From positions 1,024,001-1,088,000 of the forward strand of contig CAWFQB010000001.1 in the NCBI GenBank assembly GCA_963817895.1: a stretch of DNA of 64,000 nt, written 5' to 3'. How positions within the stretch are numbered: position 1 is the first letter of the stretch; each line of letters begins with the position of its first letter. The DNA comes from an uncultured Chthonomonadaceae bacterium (GTDB lineage Bacteria > Armatimonadota > Chthonomonadetes > Chthonomonadales > Chthonomonadaceae). A model generated the notes under the pieces. It did no database searches and was not told where the DNA came from. It worked only from the letters and a program-made list of their open reading frames with translations. Shown piece by piece: positions 59,554 to 64,000 of this stretch. The translations under genes were made by a program, and so were the position numbers.

Positions 59554-62403
59554 ATGACTACCACTGCCAGTATCAACGAGGTTCCGGGTTCCATTGACGG
59601 CGCGAACAACGAGCCGAATGAAAACCGCTATGACTTTCGCGCCATTGAAAGCAAATGGCAGGCGCGTTGGGAAGATTCGGGATTATTCCGGGTCGAGAAT
59701 TCCAGCGACAGGCCCAAGTTCTACGGATTGGACTTTTTCCCCTATCCCTCCGGCGCGGGCATCAGCGTGGGACACTGCCGCAACTACGTGCCACTCGACG
59801 CCGTGAGCCGCCTGAAGAACATGCAGGGCTTCAACGTCCTGCACCCGATGGGATGGGATGCCTTCGGGCAGCCAGCGGAAAACGAGGCCATCAAGCAGGG
59901 CCGAAATCCCAAAGATATGGTTCCCGAATACGCCGCCAACTACAAGCGGCAACTGAAACTGGTCGGCATCTCCTATGATTGGTCCCGCGAAATCAACAGC
60001 AGCGCCCCCGACTACTATAAATGGACGCAATGGATTTTCCTGCTGCTGTACAAGCGTGGGCTGGCGTACCGCTCCAGCGCGGGCGTCAACTGGTGTCCCA
60101 AAGACAAGACCGTTCTGGCGAATGAGGAAGTCGTCAACGGACGCTGCTGGCGCTGTCAAACGCTGGTGGAAAAACGCTATATTCCCCAATGGTTCTTCAA
60201 AATTACCGACTACGCCGAGCGCCTGCTGTCCGGTCTGGAAGTAGTAGACTGGCCCGACGGCATCCGCAACATGCAGCGCGAATGGATTGGCAGAAGCGAA
60301 GGCGCGGAAGTTACGTTCGACGTGATAGTGATAGAAGAAAGGAAAAAGAAGAAAGGAGAGAGCCAGAGCAATGAGGCTTTTCCCTATTCCTTTCCTCCTT
60401 TTTCCTCTATCAAAGTGTTTACTACCCGTCCCGACACCCTCTGGGGCGCGACGTTTATGGTGCTGGCCCCGGAACACTCCCTGGTAGAGCAAATTACCAC
60501 GCCGGAGCAGGCTGAGGCTGTGCGCGAATACAAAGAAAAGGCGCAGCGGTCAAGCGAGATCGAGCGGCAAAGTCTGGAACGTACCAAAACCGGCGTGTTC
60601 ACGGGCGCGTATGCCGAAAACCCGGTTACAGGCGAACCCATTCCGATCTGGATCGCCGATTATGTCTTGATGGGCTACGGCACGGGCGCGATTATGGCGG
60701 TTCCCGCGCACGATCAGCGCGACTTCGAGTTCGCCCGCAAGTACGACATTCCGGTTGTGCTGGTCTATAAAACGGACGCGGCGCAAACGGCGGACGCGAT
60801 GACGGAAGCCGCGCCTGCGGGCGGCGTAATGGCGAATTTTACGCCCTCTCCCAACGCCCGCGCCGGAACCGAGTTCCCCTTTGCCGGCCTGCCGAATAAC
60901 AAAGAGACTGTCGGCGCAATCATTCCCTGGCTGGAAGAGCGCAATGTCGGCAAGGGCGTTATCAACTACCGCCTGCGCGACTGGCTGATTTCCCGGCAAC
61001 GATACTGGGGCGCGCCCATTCCGATTATTCATTGTCCAACGTGTGGCACGGTTCCCGTGCCGGAAGATCAGTTGCCCGTCGTATTGCCGGACGTGGAAAA
61101 GTATCAGCCGACGGGAACGGGCGAGTCTCCCTTAGCGGGCATACCGGAATTCGTGAATACTGCCTGCCCCACATGCGGCGGACCTGCCAAACGCGAAACC
61201 GACACAATGGGCGGCACGGCAGACTCTTCATGGTACTTTTTGCGCTTCGCCGACCCGAACAACGCGATGGAAGCGTTCGACCCGGAAATCGTGAAATACT
61301 GGCTGCCCGTTGACCTGTACGTGGGCGGCGCGGAACATGCCGTCTCGCACCTGCTGTACTCGCGCTTCTGGACAAAAGTTATCCACGACGCGGGGTACAT
61401 CAACTTCGATGAGCCGTTTTTGCGCCTGAAAAATCAGGGCATGGTGCTGGCGTACACGCCCGGACGCGAAATCAAGAAAGACGCGGATGTGAACGCAGAC
61501 GGCGAGGAGAACGAGGGCAACGAACCCATTGAAAACTGGAAGGTGCTGCTGCCGGAAGAGCGATCCGGCGTACCCGAAAATGAGTGGGTATGGCGCTGGG
61601 TCAAGATGAGCAAAAGTATGCGCAACGTGGTCACGCCCGACGACATGGCGCAGCAGTACGGCGCGGACAGCCTGCGCTTGTTCGGTCTGTTCGTTGCGCC
61701 CTTTGAAGAGACCGTGCAATGGACGGACAAGGGCATTGAAGCGGCATCTAGGTTCGTCAATCGCGTGTGGCGGTTGTGGACGGAACTGCGCCCGCACTAT
61801 CAGGCCGATTGGCGGCAGGATTTGCCCGAATTGCTGACGGACCGTTCTAACAGCACGGACGAAGGCGACCAGAACCCAAACTGGATGGGCGAGGACGAGC
61901 GCAAACTGCGCCGCAAACTGCACCAGACTATTCGCAAAGTAGGCGACGATCTGGAAAACTTCCGTTTCAATACGGCTGTCGCCATGCTGATGGAACTGAC
62001 CAATGAATTGTCCGCGTTCCGCAACGCGCTGGCAGGCAATCAGCCATCCCCCGCGCAGACCACGCTGCTGTCGGAAATTCTGGAAACCCTGCCCCTGTTG
62101 ATGTCGCCCATCACGCCCCATTTAGCGGATGAGTGGTGGGAACGATTGGGCAAAACCGGCAGCACCTTCCGGCAATCGTGGCCGAGCGTGGATGAGGACG
62201 CCGCCAAAGAGGACGAGATTACCATTGTGGTGCAGGTCAATGGCAAATTGCGAGATCGCGTGATGGTCGCGCCCGGAACCGCAAACGAGGAGATCGAACG
62301 ACTGGCGCTGGCAAGCGAAAAAGTGCAGGCCGAGCAAACCGGCAAGCAAATCCGCAAAATCATCGTCGTGCCGGGTAAACTGGTCAACATCGTCATGGGG
62401 TAG
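59554..62403 (+). CDS. leuS: leucine--tRNA ligase
   Basis: FPYPSG, HPMGWDAFG, FTTRPDT, GTGAIMAVPAHDQRD, SRQRYWG and KMSKS motifs. Confidence 0.98.
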   Translation: MTTTASINEVPGSIDGANNEPNENRYDFRAIESKWQARWEDSGLFRVENSSDRPKFYGLDFFPYPSGAGISVGHCRNYVPLDAVSRLKNMQGFNVLHPMGWDAFGQPAENEAIKQGRNPKDMVPEYAANYKRQLKLVGISYDWSREINSSAPDYYKWTQWIFLLLYKRGLAYRSSAGVNWCPKDKTVLANEEVVNGRCWRCQTLVEKRYIPQWFFKITDYAERLLSGLEVVDWPDGIRNMQREWIGRSEGAEVTFDVIVIEERKKKKGESQSNEAFPYSFPPFSSIKVFTTRPDTLWGATFMVLAPEHSLVEQITTPEQAEAVREYKEKAQRSSEIERQSLERTKTGVFTGAYAENPVTGEPIPIWIADYVLMGYGTGAIMAVPAHDQRDFEFARKYDIPVVLVYKTDAAQTADAMTEAAPAGGVMANFTPSPNARAGTEFPFAGLPNNKETVGAIIPWLEERNVGKGVINYRLRDWLISRQRYWGAPIPIIHCPTCGTVPVPEDQLPVVLPDVEKYQPTGTGESPLAGIPEFVNTACPTCGGPAKRETDTMGGTADSSWYFLRFADPNNAMEAFDPEIVKYWLPVDLYVGGAEHAVSHLLYSRFWTKVIHDAGYINFDEPFLRLKNQGMVLAYTPGREIKKDADVNADGEENEGNEPIENWKVLLPEERSGVPENEWVWRWVKMSKSMRNVVTPDDMAQQYGADSLRLFGLFVAPFEETVQWTDKGIEAASRFVNRVWRLWTELRPHYQADWRQDLPELLTDRSNSTDEGDQNPNWMGEDERKLRRKLHQTIRKVGDDLENFRFNTAVAMLMELTNELSAFRNALAGNQPSPAQTTLLSEILETLPLLMSPITPHLADEWWERLGKTGSTFRQSWPSVDEDAAKEDEITIVVQVNGKLRDRVMVAPGTANEEIERLALASEKVQAEQTGKQIRKIIVVPGKLVNIVMG

Positions 62404-62589
62404 GGCAGGCAGCAAACATCCGCCTGTTCCTGCCGCCCTCTTGCATCTGTTTCGATCCGACATTTCTATTCCGGCACGTTGGAACTATTCTGTTCGCGCA
62501 GGCGGTCCGCCAGTCGGGTGTAGCGCCGGGTGGTTTTGTCGTTTTTGACGGCTACTCCAAGCCATTTTTCAAAATGGGTGAGATTTGCG

Positions 62590-62618
62590 TTGACAAGAGT
62601 CGGGTTCTGTGCTAAACT
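62590..62618 (+). promoter_or_regulatory. sigma70 promoter
   Basis: TTGACA-17-TAAACT with extended TG. Confidence 0.7.
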
Positions 62619-62705
62619 CTACCCAACTTAAATACTTGCACCTTGAGGAAAAGGCGAAAAGAGAGGCGGAAGCAACTTCTGCGTCTCTTTCGTTGCGATT
62701 CAATC

Positions 62706-64000
62706 ATGTCTCTAGAAAAAGCGCATGAATATCTAGGCTGGCCTGATCCCGAAGACATTCGCAATCCTTCCGGTCCCGGCCCCAAAGTCACTGCTCAACT
62801 TGCCAAAGAAAAAATTGGCTATGCGCTTTCACGGTTGCCTGGCGGCAATGGCGTAAATGTTGGCATTCTGGCGGCGGATGCTGAATCTACCGAGGCCCCA
62901 CTTGCCATTGTTTGCGAGTTTCCCCGGCCTGTACCTCTTGAAACCCTTCAAGCCGCCCATCGTCTCGCCTGGAACTTCTGCCGCTCTCCTCTTTTAATCA
63001 CTGTCGAACCGAATATAATTCGTAAATGGACATGCTGCGAACCTCCTGCTGAACAAGAGCGACGGTTTTGCAGAAACTCTCTTTGTGAACAACCAGCCGG
63101 AAATTGGTGGCCGCAATTTCGTTCGAACAGCCACTGCAAGGTTTAGCCCAACAAGCGGCACAATCCCTTTCCTGGATTAATCTTGTGTCCGGGCAGTTCT
63201 TCAAAGAAGAGGAACACCGTTTCAGTCCCGAAAAGCGTGCGGACCGTTTACTGTTGGAAAACCTGAAATATGTCCGCCAACGCCTTCTCGCGCTTGACCT
63301 GAATAAAGATACGACGCATGACCTTTTAGCTCGCATTATCTTCATTCAGTTTCTGTTCGACCGTGAAGATACTTCCGGTGTATCTGCTTTGAATAAAAAT
63401 GAACTTAGCCGCTTACATACAGATGGGAAACTGGTGGGACAATATAGCAATCTCGAAGAAATTTTGAACAACTACGACGATTCTTACCGGCTTTTCAGAT
63501 TTCTGAATACAACGTTCAATGGTGACCTGTTTCCCGGCAAAGGCGCAACGCTGGAAGAGCAAGAGGAGGAGTGGAAAGCAGAACAGGAACACGTTAAGCC
63601 GAAACATTTGCGTTTGCTCGCCAGTTTCATCGGTGGCAATGAGAAAATGAATGGTGGTCAACGCATTCTGTGGCGGCAATACTCATTTAATGCTATCCCT
63701 ATTGAATTTATCAGCAGTATCTATGAGGAATTCGTTAAAGGGTCGGAAAAACTTGGTATACATTACACGCCGCCGTTCCTTGTTGACTTCATGCTGGACG
63801 GCGTACTGCCATGGGATAGTGCCGAATGGAATTTGAAAATTCTTGATCCTGCCTGTGGTTCGGGAGTTTTCCTGGTAAAAGCTTATCAGCGCTTGATTCA
63901 TCGCTGGAAGAACGCGCATCAGCAACGTCAGCCGAAACCAGAGGTATTACGCGGCCTGCTTAAACGTAACTTGTTCGGAGTGGATAAAGATAAGGAAGCT
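62706..64000 (+). CDS. N6-adenine DNA methyltransferase / Type IIG restriction-modification enzyme (partial, frameshift ~63060-63130)
   Basis: Second frame reads FNGDLFP, IPIEFISSIYEEF, HYTPPFLVDFM, ILDPACGSGVFLV, NLFGVD. Confidence 0.88.

Noticed and set aside
62510..62540. GTCGGGTGTAGCGC resembling a tRNA 5' end
   Set aside because: No T-loop (GTTCRA), anticodon arm or acceptor complement follows

Overview
This is a GC-rich bacterial chromosomal window. Gene content suggests a Terrabacteria member, possibly Armatimonadota, but this is inference and was not verified. It is mostly housekeeping and metabolic genes: rny-ymdB, aroF/tyrA, nrdR-HAD-nrdJ, a GH4/GH36 sugar cluster, a Ni-type ECF transporter, lon, a CHASE2 adenylate cyclase, spoIID, an S53 protease, dxr-rseP, peptidases and leuS. 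Three accessory inserts are present: (i) a translationally coupled pair of an SNF2 helicase and a sacsin-type GHKL ATPase with an HNH-like C-terminus (candidate antiphage system); (ii) an operon of an HExxH metallopeptidase, a small partner and a UPF0489 protein behind a perfect sigma70 promoter, next to a broken PemK TA pair; (iii) a partial Type IIG R-M gene at the window end. Non-coding signals read from the sequence: a complete Leu-leader-peptide attenuator in front of leuS, a probable 6S RNA before rny, tandem NrdR boxes, three SigH-type promoters, AT-rich recoded patches at the intein-prone motifs of nrdJ, and several families of 7-10-bp tandem/inverted repeats and REPs that have invaded coding sequences and supply stop codons. 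Several genes carry single-base indels, most likely long-read assembly errors. No rRNA, tRNA, CRISPR array or transposase was found.
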